NCBI GenBank assembly: GCA_902516465.1
Contig: CABXZD010000003.1
Location: forward strand, 1,097-65,096
DNA length: 64,000 bases
Source of the DNA: an uncultured Pelagibacteraceae bacterium
GTDB taxonomy: Bacteria > Pseudomonadota > Alphaproteobacteria > Pelagibacterales > Pelagibacteraceae
Direction of reading: 5' to 3'
The position numbers and the translations under genes were made by a program. Of the stretch, positions 39,048 through 49,400 are shown in pieces. A model generated the notes under the pieces. That model saw nothing but the letters and a program-made list of their open reading frames with translations. It was not told where the DNA came from and ran no database searches. Position 1 is the stretch's first letter. Every line of letters begins with the position of its first letter.

Positions 39048-40411
39048 TGTTATTAAGAAAAAATATTTTACAAAATTTATTTTTAATTATCTTGGGTGTT
39101 TCTACGAGCTTAAACGCAAGTATCAATCCTATATTAATGCAAGTCGCATCAATTAATTTTATTTCTCTTTTTTTTTTATGTTTAAAAAATAGTGAAATTA
39201 AAAAAAGTATAGAAGAAAATTATATAAATAATAAATTATTTTTTATTTTTTTTTTTATTTACATATGTTTCTTAATAATACAAATTATACCACTTCCATT
39301 AAGATTAATTGAAATCCTAGCTCCTAATAATTATAATCTATATAACTCCATAAAAATTGATAAAGAACTATGGTCACTGAGCATTGATCCTAGTAATTCA
39401 TTTTTTGGAATTTTAAATTGTATCAATTTTTTCATAATTTTATTAATTTTCCCTGTTTTATTTAATAGAAGCAAGCACTTAATGAAATTTTTATTTTTTA
39501 TTTCTGTATTAGGTTTTTGTCATGCAGCTTTCGCTACATATTGGATGTTAATAGGAAATCCATCAAATTTTTTTATTGAAAAGATTCATTATTTAAATGC
39601 TTCTACAGGTCTTTTTGTTAACCGGTCAGTATTTGGAACATATTTATTTTTATGTGCATTTTCAAGTTTATATTTTATAGTAATTTTTTTTCAAAAGTAT
39701 CAAATAAATAATTTTACCTTTAGTGAACAAATTAAAAGTAAAATTTTTTTTATAAGAATTTTTATTATTTTTTTAACTATTGGTATCTTAACTACTTGGT
39801 CTAGAGCTGCAAATTTTAGTTATATTTTAATATTATTATCGTTTTTATTTTATTCTAAAATTTCATTTAATAAATATATAAATCCTTTATCAACTATAAT
39901 TATCTTTATACTAATTTTTGATTTTTTGGTGATGTCAGTATTCTTTGGTAACGCTAAATTAATAGAAAGGTATGTTGAAACTTCTCTTTTGAAGGAAAAT
40001 ATAAGACTAAATTTACAAGCTTTTAGCATAGAACAATTTAAAAATTTTTGGCTTTTCGGCTATGGAAATGGAGCTTTCGGACAATTATTCAAAATCTTTT
40101 ACCAGTTGCCAGAAAATTTTAATTATACTGTTGCAAATCATGCACATAATGATGGGTTAGAACTTTTAGGGGAAATAGGCATGGTCGGTTTTTCAATTTT
40201 ACTTTTATCTTATATTTCCTATTTTAAAATAATAGTAAAAAATATTAGTGAAAAAAACAGACTGACAAGATTTATATTATTATCTTTTTTATTAATTGTT
40301 TTATTTATACAAAGTTTAGTTGATTTTTCTTTGCACGCTCCAGGTATAATGTTTTTAATAGTTACCATTCTTTCTATCGGTCTTATTAATCCTAAAAAGA
40401 GTATTCTTTAA
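39047..40411 (+). CDS. O-antigen ligase/Wzy_C-family membrane protein
   Basis: ATG overlaps the giant-gene stop (TAATG 39045-39049); GLFVNR, TWSRAA, FGYGNGAF, HAHNDGLELLGEIG, VDFSLH. Confidence 0.88.
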   Translation: MLLRKNILQNLFLIILGVSTSLNASINPILMQVASINFISLFFLCLKNSEIKKSIEENYINNKLFFIFFFIYICFLIIQIIPLPLRLIEILAPNNYNLYNSIKIDKELWSLSIDPSNSFFGILNCINFFIILLIFPVLFNRSKHLMKFLFFISVLGFCHAAFATYWMLIGNPSNFFIEKIHYLNASTGLFVNRSVFGTYLFLCAFSSLYFIVIFFQKYQINNFTFSEQIKSKIFFIRIFIIFLTIGILTTWSRAANFSYILILLSFLFYSKISFNKYINPLSTIIIFILIFDFLVMSVFFGNAKLIERYVETSLLKENIRLNLQAFSIEQFKNFWLFGYGNGAFGQLFKIFYQLPENFNYTVANHAHNDGLELLGEIGMVGFSILLLSYISYFKIIVKNISEKNRLTRFILLSFLLIVLFIQSLVDFSLHAPGIMFLIVTILSIGLINPKKSIL

Positions 40412-41548
40412 TTATCTTGTTCCATCACTTCTTGTTCCCCCACTAATTATATTTGCATCCTCACTTATAATATAAAAATCATCTTGTTCAGCTATATAAG
40501 GTTTATAGGTTTTAAAAAGTGTCTCTGATGGCGTCAGAAGACTTATCACGTTATTCCATTTAACCAATTTAGTTGATGGAATAAATACTATATCATTTGG
40601 TAGTATATAAAAATTATTTGCAGCAATAAATGCAGCTGGATTATTTAGATTAATTGAATATATATCTATATGTAAAAATTTTGTTAAGTCTTCCCTCATT
40701 ACATAAATATTTTTCGTTTTCGCAGTAGCTTTGTTAATTCCTTTAGTAGCAAGTAATTCTGTGAGAGTAAGATCTCTATAAACAGAAATGGGACCAGAAG
40801 TAGTAAATTCTCCAAAAGCGTAAGCTTGATCTGTATCAGACTCAGAGACGTGTAAAACATCGTCTTTTCTCAAATATATATCTAAGTCAGTGTTATTTTT
40901 ATTTAACAACTCATAAAGATCTATCTCATAAACTTCATCACCTCTCCTAAGCAATGCTGTTTTCATATAACTCTTTTGATCTTTTACATAACCTGCCCTT
41001 ATTAGAGCATCTAAAACTTTTAATGGTTGTTCAGAAAGCAAAATTGCCAAAGGTCGGTTTATTGCTCCTGTAATGTACACATAAGCACTATTGTACTGTT
41101 CAATCTTGACGATAGTTTCTGGATCTTGATAAAAAGTTTTTAAAACTTCATTAATAAACGATTGAGCTTCTTCTTTTGTTTTACCATCTATTACAACTTG
41201 ACCAACGTAGGGAATAGTAACATCACCATTTGGGCTGATAGTGTAGGAACCATCAATATCGTCTATATCTGTAATAGATACATTTATTATGTCTCCAGAG
41301 CCTATTGAATAATAATATATATTCTCCTCCATTAACTCTTCTAACTTTTTATTTTTTCTTTTTTTTATATCTTCGAATTTAGGAAGAGAAGCAGTATTGA
41401 TCTTATTCAAATCATGAAACTTTAAAGTTACACCTCTTTGCTTAAGACCTATACTTTTTGGGTTCGATCCTTTCGGTTCACTTTTAAAACCTGTAGAATT
41501 AGTACAAGCTGCAATGAATAAAAATATAAATATTATTTTAAAATACAT
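40412..41548 (-). CDS. wza: Outer-membrane polysaccharide export lipoprotein Wza
   Basis: Lipobox IAAC; YSIGSGDII, DGDV-like PNGDVTIPYVG Poly_export motif; SLBB repeats; C-terminal KWNNVISLLTP helix. Confidence 0.9.
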   Translation of the reverse strand: MYFKIIFIFLFIAACTNSTGFKSEPKGSNPKSIGLKQRGVTLKFHDLNKINTASLPKFEDIKKRKNKKLEELMEENIYYYSIGSGDIINVSITDIDDIDGSYTISPNGDVTIPYVGQVVIDGKTKEEAQSFINEVLKTFYQDPETIVKIEQYNSAYVYITGAINRPLAILLSEQPLKVLDALIRAGYVKDQKSYMKTALLRRGDEVYEIDLYELLNKNNTDLDIYLRKDDVLHVSESDTDQAYAFGEFTTSGPISVYRDLTLTELLATKGINKATAKTKNIYVMREDLTKFLHIDIYSINLNNPAAFIAANNFYILPNDIVFIPSTKLVKWNNVISLLTPSETLFKTYKPYIAEQDDFYIISEDANIISGGTRSDGTR

Positions 41549-41642
41549 ATAAATTTCTTATATATTATTATTCAAAAAAGTAATTCTTAAATAAAATACA
41601 AAATATACATTTTTTTTAGAAAATAATAGGATTTAACTTCTA

Positions 41643-42668
41643 TTAATTCCAATCACTAGAATCATTTTTTTTCCAATCATCAAATGAACTGCTTAAATCA
41701 TATTTAAAAATGTATTGATTTTTTACGAGAAACTGTGGGATTATAGTGTTAGATCTAAATAATTTTCTTAATCTATAATAATTAAATGAATTATTTTTCT
41801 TAAATATTTTAGTAAAAATTAAACTCACAAATAAAAAGAAATTTATCAAAATACCAGGTAAAGAAATAAAATTACCGGAATGATGAACTTTTTTAGAAAT
41901 ATTTTTTGCAAAATCTTCAATTGTTGGACAAGGATACATACAAGCATTATACAATACTGATTTTGGAAATTGACCTTTAGTTTGTTTTTCGTTTACCCAA
42001 ATTATCATATTTATGAGTTCTTTAACGTATAAACCTCCTTTCTTTAAATTCTTATTATTCATATAAAAAAACAATCTATTTTTAATAAACTTTACAAGTC
42101 TAGTTACATTCCCTTTTTCTCCAGCACCAAAAACAACACCTGGTCTACAAATTGAAAGTATTCTATTTGTAGGTTCCTCATTTTGCCAATCAATATGTAT
42201 CTTTTCTGCTTCCAATTTTGACTTACCATATGGTGTGGATGGTTTAGCTATAGTTTCCTCATTTTTTTCGTGCTCACCTGGACCATAAACAGCAATACTA
42301 CTTGTAAATACTATGTTTTTACAATCATACTTTCTCGCAAAGTCACAAATATTATGTGCTCCGTTTATATTTGTTTCACCATACTCATGTTCCTCATGGC
42401 CTGGCTCTCTATGCACAGCTGCAAAATTTAAAATTGTAATTAGTTCTCCATCAATAATAATTTCTTTAAGATCTTCTCTGATATCTTTTTTTATAAATTT
42501 AACTCTATTGGTGTTTATCAATTTTTTATATTTTATTTTGCAAAAAGTATCTTCTGGTTCTCTAGTATCTACTATATATAAATTATCATACAAATGTTCA
42601 TCTAAAACTTTTTCTATAAAGTATAAACCAATAAACCCAGTTCCACCAAATACTACAGCTGATTTCAT
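41643..42668 (-). CDS. NAD-dependent epimerase/dehydratase
   Basis: GGTGFIG, FTSSIAVYG, YGKSK, RPGVVFG. Confidence 0.9.
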   Translation of the reverse strand: MKSAVVFGGTGFIGLYFIEKVLDEHLYDNLYIVDTREPEDTFCKIKYKKLINTNRVKFIKKDIREDLKEIIIDGELITILNFAAVHREPGHEEHEYGETNINGAHNICDFARKYDCKNIVFTSSIAVYGPGEHEKNEETIAKPSTPYGKSKLEAEKIHIDWQNEEPTNRILSICRPGVVFGAGEKGNVTRLVKFIKNRLFFYMNNKNLKKGGLYVKELINMIIWVNEKQTKGQFPKSVLYNACMYPCPTIEDFAKNISKKVHHSGNFISLPGILINFFLFVSLIFTKIFKKNNSFNYYRLRKLFRSNTIIPQFLVKNQYIFKYDLSSSFDDWKKNDSSDWN

Positions 42669-42679
42669 AAATTAAACTA

Positions 42680-43852
42680 TTACAATTTTTTAAAAATATT
42701 TACAAATTTAATCAAAATTTTTTTAATATCAAAATTTGTTTCAGCATACAATCTAGCATTTTTTGACATAATTAGTCTTTGTTTATTGTCATATTTAATT
42801 TCTCCAATAAATTTATTTAATCTATCTAAATCTTCAGGGTCAAAAGTTTTTCCAGCTTTTGCTTTGAGTATTATTTTTGAAGATAGATTCGTTAAAGGTG
42901 CAGACTGTATTATTGGTTTTCCAATACAAAGATAATTTAAGATTTTTGAGGGCACGGAAAACGTGCTTGCCTCTTTGTTTAACATTGCTAAAAAAAAATC
43001 TGCACTGTTAAGCACTTTATTAAAATTTTTAAAAGATTGAAGTGGTAAAAGTTTAATATTTGATGTGAGATTTTTTCTTCTCTTTAGATCATCAAATCCA
43101 CTACCTCCAGCACAAATTAAAAACTCAATATCTAAGTTTTTCTTTGCTATCTTTACAATTAGATCTGGATTATGTTTTAAAGCCAATGTTCCACTATAAA
43201 CTACTCTTAGTTTTTTTTTATCTAATCTATGTTTTTTTAAAAAGTGGTGATCTTTTTTTTTTACTTTGATTTGATCTAAATTCCCCCAATTAGGTATGAA
43301 AGTAATTTTTTTTTTATTTACACCCCATTTAATTAAAGTTTTATTAAAATCTTTAGAAATTGTAATTAAATGATCAGATTGATTAGTTTGTTTTTTTTCA
43401 AGTAAAGTAAAAAAAAATGATACGAAAATTGAAAAAATTGAGAATTTTTTTTTAAGAGTTTGATGAACCGCGATTGAATAAAAGTCTTGAATCCACATTA
43501 TAAATTTTGATTTATTATCTTTCGAAGCAGTTAAAATACTTTGTTGTGCAAATGTAGGACAGTTCGCAGATATTACTATATCTGGTTTTATTAGATTTAT
43601 TTTTTTTTTAACTTCAATTCCATATTGAATATCCTTAAAAAATCTTAGAAAAAAATTATTTTTATTATAACTAATTGTTTTTCCTATTCCAAATATACTT
43701 AAATTTTTATTTTTTCCTTTATAAAGATCTGACTTTGGTCCTGGATCATTAGCAAAAAAAAGGTGATAAACTTCATATTCTTTTGCTAATACCTTGGAGA
43801 ATGAAAATGTAAAAGGATGACCAGCATAATCATGTACAACAATTTTTTTCAT
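42680..43852 (-). CDS. GT4-family glycosyltransferase (WcaI-like)
   Basis: WIQDFY, IPNW, YSGTLALKH, SVPSKILNYL. Confidence 0.85.
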   Translation of the reverse strand: MKKIVVHDYAGHPFTFSFSKVLAKEYEVYHLFFANDPGPKSDLYKGKNKNLSIFGIGKTISYNKNNFFLRFFKDIQYGIEVKKKINLIKPDIVISANCPTFAQQSILTASKDNKSKFIMWIQDFYSIAVHQTLKKKFSIFSIFVSFFFTLLEKKQTNQSDHLITISKDFNKTLIKWGVNKKKITFIPNWGNLDQIKVKKKDHHFLKKHRLDKKKLRVVYSGTLALKHNPDLIVKIAKKNLDIEFLICAGGSGFDDLKRRKNLTSNIKLLPLQSFKNFNKVLNSADFFLAMLNKEASTFSVPSKILNYLCIGKPIIQSAPLTNLSSKIILKAKAGKTFDPEDLDRLNKFIGEIKYDNKQRLIMSKNARLYAETNFDIKKILIKFVNIFKKL

Positions 43853-44067
43853 ATTAATTAGTAAAACTTGTTATTTTTTATAAGTTCAGAGTTCCTTAAA
43901 ATAGCCTAAAATTTAATATAATTTAAGTTTACTTTTATTATTAAATTTAACTTTAATCACACTTATAAACAAACATTATCAAAGACAATTATAGAAATAT
44001 TGTATTTATAATATAAAAAAATTAATATTAATCAGAATCAATAATTTAAATAATAATAAATAACAAA

Positions 44068-44958
44068 ATGAAAAAAATAGATATAGTTTTTGGAATTGAT
44101 AATAATTACGCTAAATATTGTACAATAGCTATACAATCTATCCTCTCACATTTAAACTCTAACTATAAATTAAATATAACAATTATTTATGAAAAATTAA
44201 CCTTAAAATCATTAAACAATTTTAAAACAATAAAATCTAAACAATTAAATAAAATTACTTTTTATAAAATTAATTTAAAAAAATATATGAAGTCTCAAAA
44301 CTTGAAAGGTTATTATTGGCCCAAATCAGTTTTTTATAGATTTTATATTGATCGCGCACTTCCAAAAAGTATACAGAAAATAATTTATATCGATGCAGAT
44401 ATTTTTGTTAATGACAGTATCCATAAGTTGTATAATATTGATTTAAAAAATTATACTATTGGTGGGGTAAAAGATACAGGTGGTTTTAATAGAAATTATC
44501 TAGATAGAATTAAAATACAAAGTGACATATATTTCAACTCTGGAGTTTTATTAATTAATTTACAAAAATGGAGATTTGAGAAAATTACAAGTCAACTAGA
44601 AAAAAAAATAAAAAAATCTGGTCTTAACCTTGATATACCAGATCAAGATTTATTAAATATAATTTTTGAGAAAAAATTTAAGATAATTAATCCTAAATGG
44701 AATTTGCAAGCTTCAATGTACTCAAAATATAAATATTGGAAGTATTTAAAGAACAAAGGAGTACATCATTTTACATTTGTTAAACCCTGGAGGTCATATT
44801 CTTCACATCCAAAATCAAAAGTTTATAGAGAATTTGCCAAACAAAAAGGTTTTATATTCGAAACCAAATATTTAGATGTAAAAGATTTTTTATCAATGTT
44901 AAGATACTATATTAGATATTTTCTTATATTTAATATTTATCGGCTAATAAATTTTTAA
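44068..44958 (+). CDS. GT8-family glycosyltransferase
   Basis: YIDAD, YFNSGVLLINL, DQDLLN, HHF...KPW. Confidence 0.92.
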   Translation: MKKIDIVFGIDNNYAKYCTIAIQSILSHLNSNYKLNITIIYEKLTLKSLNNFKTIKSKQLNKITFYKINLKKYMKSQNLKGYYWPKSVFYRFYIDRALPKSIQKIIYIDADIFVNDSIHKLYNIDLKNYTIGGVKDTGGFNRNYLDRIKIQSDIYFNSGVLLINLQKWRFEKITSQLEKKIKKSGLNLDIPDQDLLNIIFEKKFKIINPKWNLQASMYSKYKYWKYLKNKGVHHFTFVKPWRSYSSHPKSKVYREFAKQKGFIFETKYLDVKDFLSMLRYYIRYFLIFNIYRLINF

Positions 44959-44959
44959 A

Positions 44960-46078
44960 ATGAAAAATTTATTATTAACTTTTTCAAGAACATGCAATTA
45001 TGGGGCTGCTTTACAAACTTATGCTAGTATAAAATTCTTTGAAAATTCTGGAATAGAGCTTATTACACCAGCTTATTCGCCGATTTATTTAATGCCTACA
45101 ACTTCTTTTTATAGAGGAATTGGACTTAGAGGAAATAAAAAAAAAAAAAAATTTAACTTTTTATACCCAATTTATAGAAGATTAAAAATGTATAAAAGGT
45201 ACAAGTTATTCAAAGATTTTCAAAATGAATATCTTAAAATTGATTATAACCTCGACTCAGTAAATTCTATTATTAATTCTTCTAATCAATATGATTCATT
45301 TGTTGTAGGAGCAGACCAAACCTGGAATACAAATTTGAATTTATCCCCAAATTTTGAAAATTATTTTTTTTTAGGCTTCTTAAAAGATAGTACTATTAAA
45401 AAAATAAGTTTTTCATCTTGTTTTGGAGTAGATGAAAAAAACCAAAAATTTTCTAATGAAATAAAAAACTGTGTTGTAGATTTTGATTATTTATCTACAA
45501 GAAATGAATTTTCTAAAAAAATTTTAGAACAATACACAGATAAAGAAATATTTACTTTATGTGATCCCACCATCATTCATGATTTTAATGAGCTAACATA
45601 TAATCCAAGAGAAGAGAATATAATTTTAATTTATGGCATGGATAGTTCAAATTCAAGCTTGATAAGAAATATTTCTGTAAACTTAAAAAAGAAGTATAAT
45701 AGTAAAATATATTCTATAAGTTCAGAAACTAGAATAAATATGAATTGGGTTGATAAAATCATTGATAATGCAGGGCCAATTGAGTTTTTAAATTTATTTC
45801 AAAAATCCAGATTCATTTTAACTGACTCTTTTCATGGATCTATTTTTTCAATTAAATTTAAAAAAAAATTCTTATCTTTTTCCACAAATTATCGTTCATA
45901 TAGAATTAAAAGTTTACTTAAATTATTTGATTTAGAAAGTTTACATTTTAATAATGATAATATTAATGAATTTAATGAAAATATTTGGAAACAAATTAAT
46001 ATAGAAAAAATTGAAAGTACTACCGATGATTTGAAAAGAAAAGCAGCAAATTTTATAAAAACGAGTTATTCTTTATAA
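44960..46078 (+). CDS. Polysaccharide pyruvyl transferase family protein
   Basis: NYGAALQTYA, VGADQTWN, LSTRN, CDPT, TDSFHG. Confidence 0.85.
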   Translation: MKNLLLTFSRTCNYGAALQTYASIKFFENSGIELITPAYSPIYLMPTTSFYRGIGLRGNKKKKKFNFLYPIYRRLKMYKRYKLFKDFQNEYLKIDYNLDSVNSIINSSNQYDSFVVGADQTWNTNLNLSPNFENYFFLGFLKDSTIKKISFSSCFGVDEKNQKFSNEIKNCVVDFDYLSTRNEFSKKILEQYTDKEIFTLCDPTIIHDFNELTYNPREENIILIYGMDSSNSSLIRNISVNLKKKYNSKIYSISSETRINMNWVDKIIDNAGPIEFLNLFQKSRFILTDSFHGSIFSIKFKKKFLSFSTNYRSYRIKSLLKLFDLESLHFNNDNINEFNENIWKQINIEKIESTTDDLKRKAANFIKTSYSL

Positions 46079-46085
46079 TCAACCA

Positions 46086-47534
46086 ATGAATTTATACCCT
46101 AAGATTAGTATAACTATTCTAGCTCAGTTTTGGGTAAGAATAATATCTTATAGCAGTCATTTAATTCTCTCATATTTTTTAGCAAAAGATGATTTTGGTT
46201 TGTTAGCAGTTATAACAACTATACATCTTTTTGTTGTAGGATTTAAAGATTTTGGAACATTTCAATATTTATTGACAGCAAAAAATTATAATAATGAGTC
46301 TTATAACGTTTTACTTACAAATTATTGTCTTAATTTAATTGCTTTTATATTTGTATGTTTTTTAGCTTATTTTTTTTCTGAATATTATTCTGATTGGAGA
46401 TTATTACCTTTAATAATAGGAATAAATTTTTTACAATTTTTTAATACTTATACTTCTGTAATAAAATTAAATTTATATAAAAAAAATAATTTTAAAACTA
46501 TTGGAAGAATAGAAGCTACTTCAAATTTTGTAGGAATAATAATTTTAGTAATTGCATTGATCAATGATGCTAATATTTTTGCTTATCTATTTTCTCAAAT
46601 AGGTATCACTTTGAGTTCTTTATACTTATATAAATTAAAAAAAAATAAACTTTTACAGAAAAAATACAACTTAAATGTTTTTAAAAAATATATTGGTAAG
46701 ATTAAATGGCTAATTTTAAATAGGTACACTGAAAGTTTATCCTTGTATGGATTTTATATAACTCTAGTGTTTTCTGTAAGTCAAATTAGCTTGGGTGTTT
46801 TTTATTTTGGTATTAAGATCTACGAAATTATATCTGTTTATTTAGGCAATATATTAAACCAATTTTTAATTCCTTTTTTTTCAAAAACAAAAAATATAAC
46901 TAAAGAAAGAGACCTATTTTTCAAAATTTCAAAATTATTATGTTTTTTTGTAGGTTATTTATCTTTAATCTTTATGATTTTTGCCCCTATATTAATCAAT
47001 GAAGTATGGAATTCAAAATGGAATGAGTCTATTAGTATATTTATTGTTATTTTAACAGCATTCCCTATAGCTTTAATAGGAAACGTTCTATCCAGAAATT
47101 TTATTGAATATAAAAGAGAATTTAAAAGTATTTTTTTAATTAAAATTTTTGAAGGTATTTGTATAATAACTTTTACCTATATAGGTGTTAGCTATAATGG
47201 AATTTTAGGTGCCGCTATATCAATATCTATTTTAAAAATAGTTTTTTCTCTATATCAATATATTAAATCTTCACAAATTTTAAAAATTGGGTTAATTTAT
47301 TCCTTAAAAGAATTATTTCTAAATGTTTTTCCATATTATTCAGTTTTAATATTTTGCTATATAAATAATATTGATATTTATAATTTTAAAATTTCATTAA
47401 GCATGCAATTATTAAGTTCGATAAAATTAATTACAATAATATCAATATATTATATTTTTTCATCCATCCTAATTAATAAAAATTTAATTAGTATTTTAAA
47501 AAATATTTCTATAGATAAGAAATTTGAAATTTAA
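46086..47534 (+). CDS. wzx: Wzx-type flippase
   Basis: About 12 TM; L-x-x-D-D-FGL, DFG, LGVFYF, KWNESI, GILGAA pattern. Confidence 0.8.
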   Translation: MNLYPKISITILAQFWVRIISYSSHLILSYFLAKDDFGLLAVITTIHLFVVGFKDFGTFQYLLTAKNYNNESYNVLLTNYCLNLIAFIFVCFLAYFFSEYYSDWRLLPLIIGINFLQFFNTYTSVIKLNLYKKNNFKTIGRIEATSNFVGIIILVIALINDANIFAYLFSQIGITLSSLYLYKLKKNKLLQKKYNLNVFKKYIGKIKWLILNRYTESLSLYGFYITLVFSVSQISLGVFYFGIKIYEIISVYLGNILNQFLIPFFSKTKNITKERDLFFKISKLLCFFVGYLSLIFMIFAPILINEVWNSKWNESISIFIVILTAFPIALIGNVLSRNFIEYKREFKSIFLIKIFEGICIITFTYIGVSYNGILGAAISISILKIVFSLYQYIKSSQILKIGLIYSLKELFLNVFPYYSVLIFCYINNIDIYNFKISLSMQLLSSIKLITIISIYYIFSSILINKNLISILKNISIDKKFEI

Positions 47535-47554
47535 CATAACTAGCATAGAATATA

Positions 47555-48571
47555 ATGATTTACTTAGTTTCATTACCTGATTATAAAAATAATTTTAATG
47601 TAAATGGTAACACAATTGTATGTGAAGGTGTTTATAAAAAGTATTTTTCAAAAAAAAAAGATAGACTATTTAATTTAACCGGGAAATCAAAGTTTTCTAC
47701 ACGACTAAAAAAAATATTTTTATATATTTTTATAATATTTTTAAAAAATAAAAATAATAATAAAATTTATACCACAATGGATGATAACTATGGTTTCTAT
47801 CTACAGATTTTTTTTCTTAAATTGATCTCGTTTATCTACGATAGAGTTATTATTCATCATCATAGTTTTACCTATATCTCAAAAAAAAGTTCGCTTTTTA
47901 AACTCCTATCTAGTGAAAAATTTATTCACATATCAATATCTGAAAAACAAAAAAAAATTTTGAAAAAAAATTATAATCCTCAAAATATTTATTTAATCAA
48001 AAATAATGCGTTTGTATATAAAGGCACTATTTTTAAAAAAAAAACAAAGAAAAAACTAAAAATTATTTACTTTTCTGCTCTTACAGAAGAAAAAGGTATT
48101 TATGATTATTTAAATCTAACAAAATATTTTTTAAAAAAAAATATAGAATTTTTTGTGTATGGTAATAATTGTAATAACAATACCTTAAATGACATAAAAG
48201 AATTTAAAAAAAAAAAATTTATAATAAATTATAGACTTAATATATATAATAAAGATAAAGCTGCTTTATTTAAAAGCACTGATATTTTGATATTCCCATC
48301 TAAATATAAAACAGAAACAACTCCTATGGTTATTGATGAGTCTATAAATTTTCAAGTAGTACCAATAGCATATGATGTTGGGAGTATTAAGGAACAATTA
48401 GAAGGAGTTAAACTAACAGTTACAAACTTTATTTTACTTAAAAAAAAATTAAGGCAAGTTGTAAACAACTATGTTAGTTATCAAAAAAAAATTGTTTTTT
48501 TAAAAAAAAAAAAATTAAGAATGATTAATAAGGAGTTTAATGATTTAGATAATATTTTTTTATCTAAATAA
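47555..48571 (+). CDS. GT4-family glycosyltransferase
   Basis: IIHHHS, FSALTEEKG, IFPSKYKTETTPMVIDE, YDVG. Confidence 0.78.
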   Translation: MIYLVSLPDYKNNFNVNGNTIVCEGVYKKYFSKKKDRLFNLTGKSKFSTRLKKIFLYIFIIFLKNKNNNKIYTTMDDNYGFYLQIFFLKLISFIYDRVIIHHHSFTYISKKSSLFKLLSSEKFIHISISEKQKKILKKNYNPQNIYLIKNNAFVYKGTIFKKKTKKKLKIIYFSALTEEKGIYDYLNLTKYFLKKNIEFFVYGNNCNNNTLNDIKEFKKKKFIINYRLNIYNKDKAALFKSTDILIFPSKYKTETTPMVIDESINFQVVPIAYDVGSIKEQLEGVKLTVTNFILLKKKLRQVVNNYVSYQKKIVFLKKKKLRMINKEFNDLDNIFLSK

Positions 48572-48581
48572 AATAGTTTTA

Positions 48582-49388
48582 ATGTATTTACTTAAATTTT
48601 TTGAGCACCCATCTTTTAAAAAAAATAAGTTTAAAACTATCTTGAATGGCATAATTTTATTTATTTTAATTATTTTTAATAAAAATAAGATTATTTCTTT
48701 ATTCAATGACAATAGAAAGTTTTTTTTTAAGTTTATGCCTTTAAAAAGAGGTGATGGAACTAGAGGATTATTTATATATAGAGAAAATTATGAACCGCTT
48801 TTACAAAACTACCACAACCTTTTAAAAGAAAATGATGTTGTATTGGATGTTGGTGCCAATCAAGGAATTTACTCTCTAGCATTTGCCAAACTTATCGGGG
48901 AAAATGGAAAAGTTATTGCAATAGAGCCATTTAAACAAATGAATAATTATTTTAAAGACAATATAAGAATAAATGGTTTTCAGAACATTGAAATAATTGA
49001 AAAAGTAGTATCAGATAATATTGGGTATGAAGAAATAGATTTTGGTAGTGGTATAGTGAGCGCTTCTATCGTTAGAAATTTCAAAAATTCTGTAAAACAA
49101 AAAGTAAATTCAACAACTATCGATGAAATTTGTAAAAATTTAGATCGATTAGATTTTATCAAAATTGATATTGAGGGTGCTGAACTAAAAGCTCTAAAAG
49201 GTGCTGAAAAGACTCTAAACAATCATAAACCAAAACTAAGCTTAGAAGTGGATCAACATTCTTTTGAGCATATTAACTCATTTTTAGAAAAATATGGCTA
49301 CAAACCATATATATTTGAGGGCCAAAATCTAATTCATATATCCAAAATAACAAAAGAGTACCCTACAATGATTTTTAAACCAAATTAG
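48582..49388 (+). CDS. FkbM-family methyltransferase
   Basis: LDVGANQG, AIEP, FIKIDIEGAE. Confidence 0.92.
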   Translation: MYLLKFFEHPSFKKNKFKTILNGIILFILIIFNKNKIISLFNDNRKFFFKFMPLKRGDGTRGLFIYRENYEPLLQNYHNLLKENDVVLDVGANQGIYSLAFAKLIGENGKVIAIEPFKQMNNYFKDNIRINGFQNIEIIEKVVSDNIGYEEIDFGSGIVSASIVRNFKNSVKQKVNSTTIDEICKNLDRLDFIKIDIEGAELKALKGAEKTLNNHKPKLSLEVDQHSFEHINSFLEKYGYKPYIFEGQNLIHISKITKEYPTMIFKPN

Positions 49389-49400
49389 TATATAAAAGTT

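Noticed and set aside
43853-44067. JUMPstart/ops element in the divergent gap of the glycan island
   Set aside because: No GGCGGTAG-like sequence; simply very AT-rich promoter DNA
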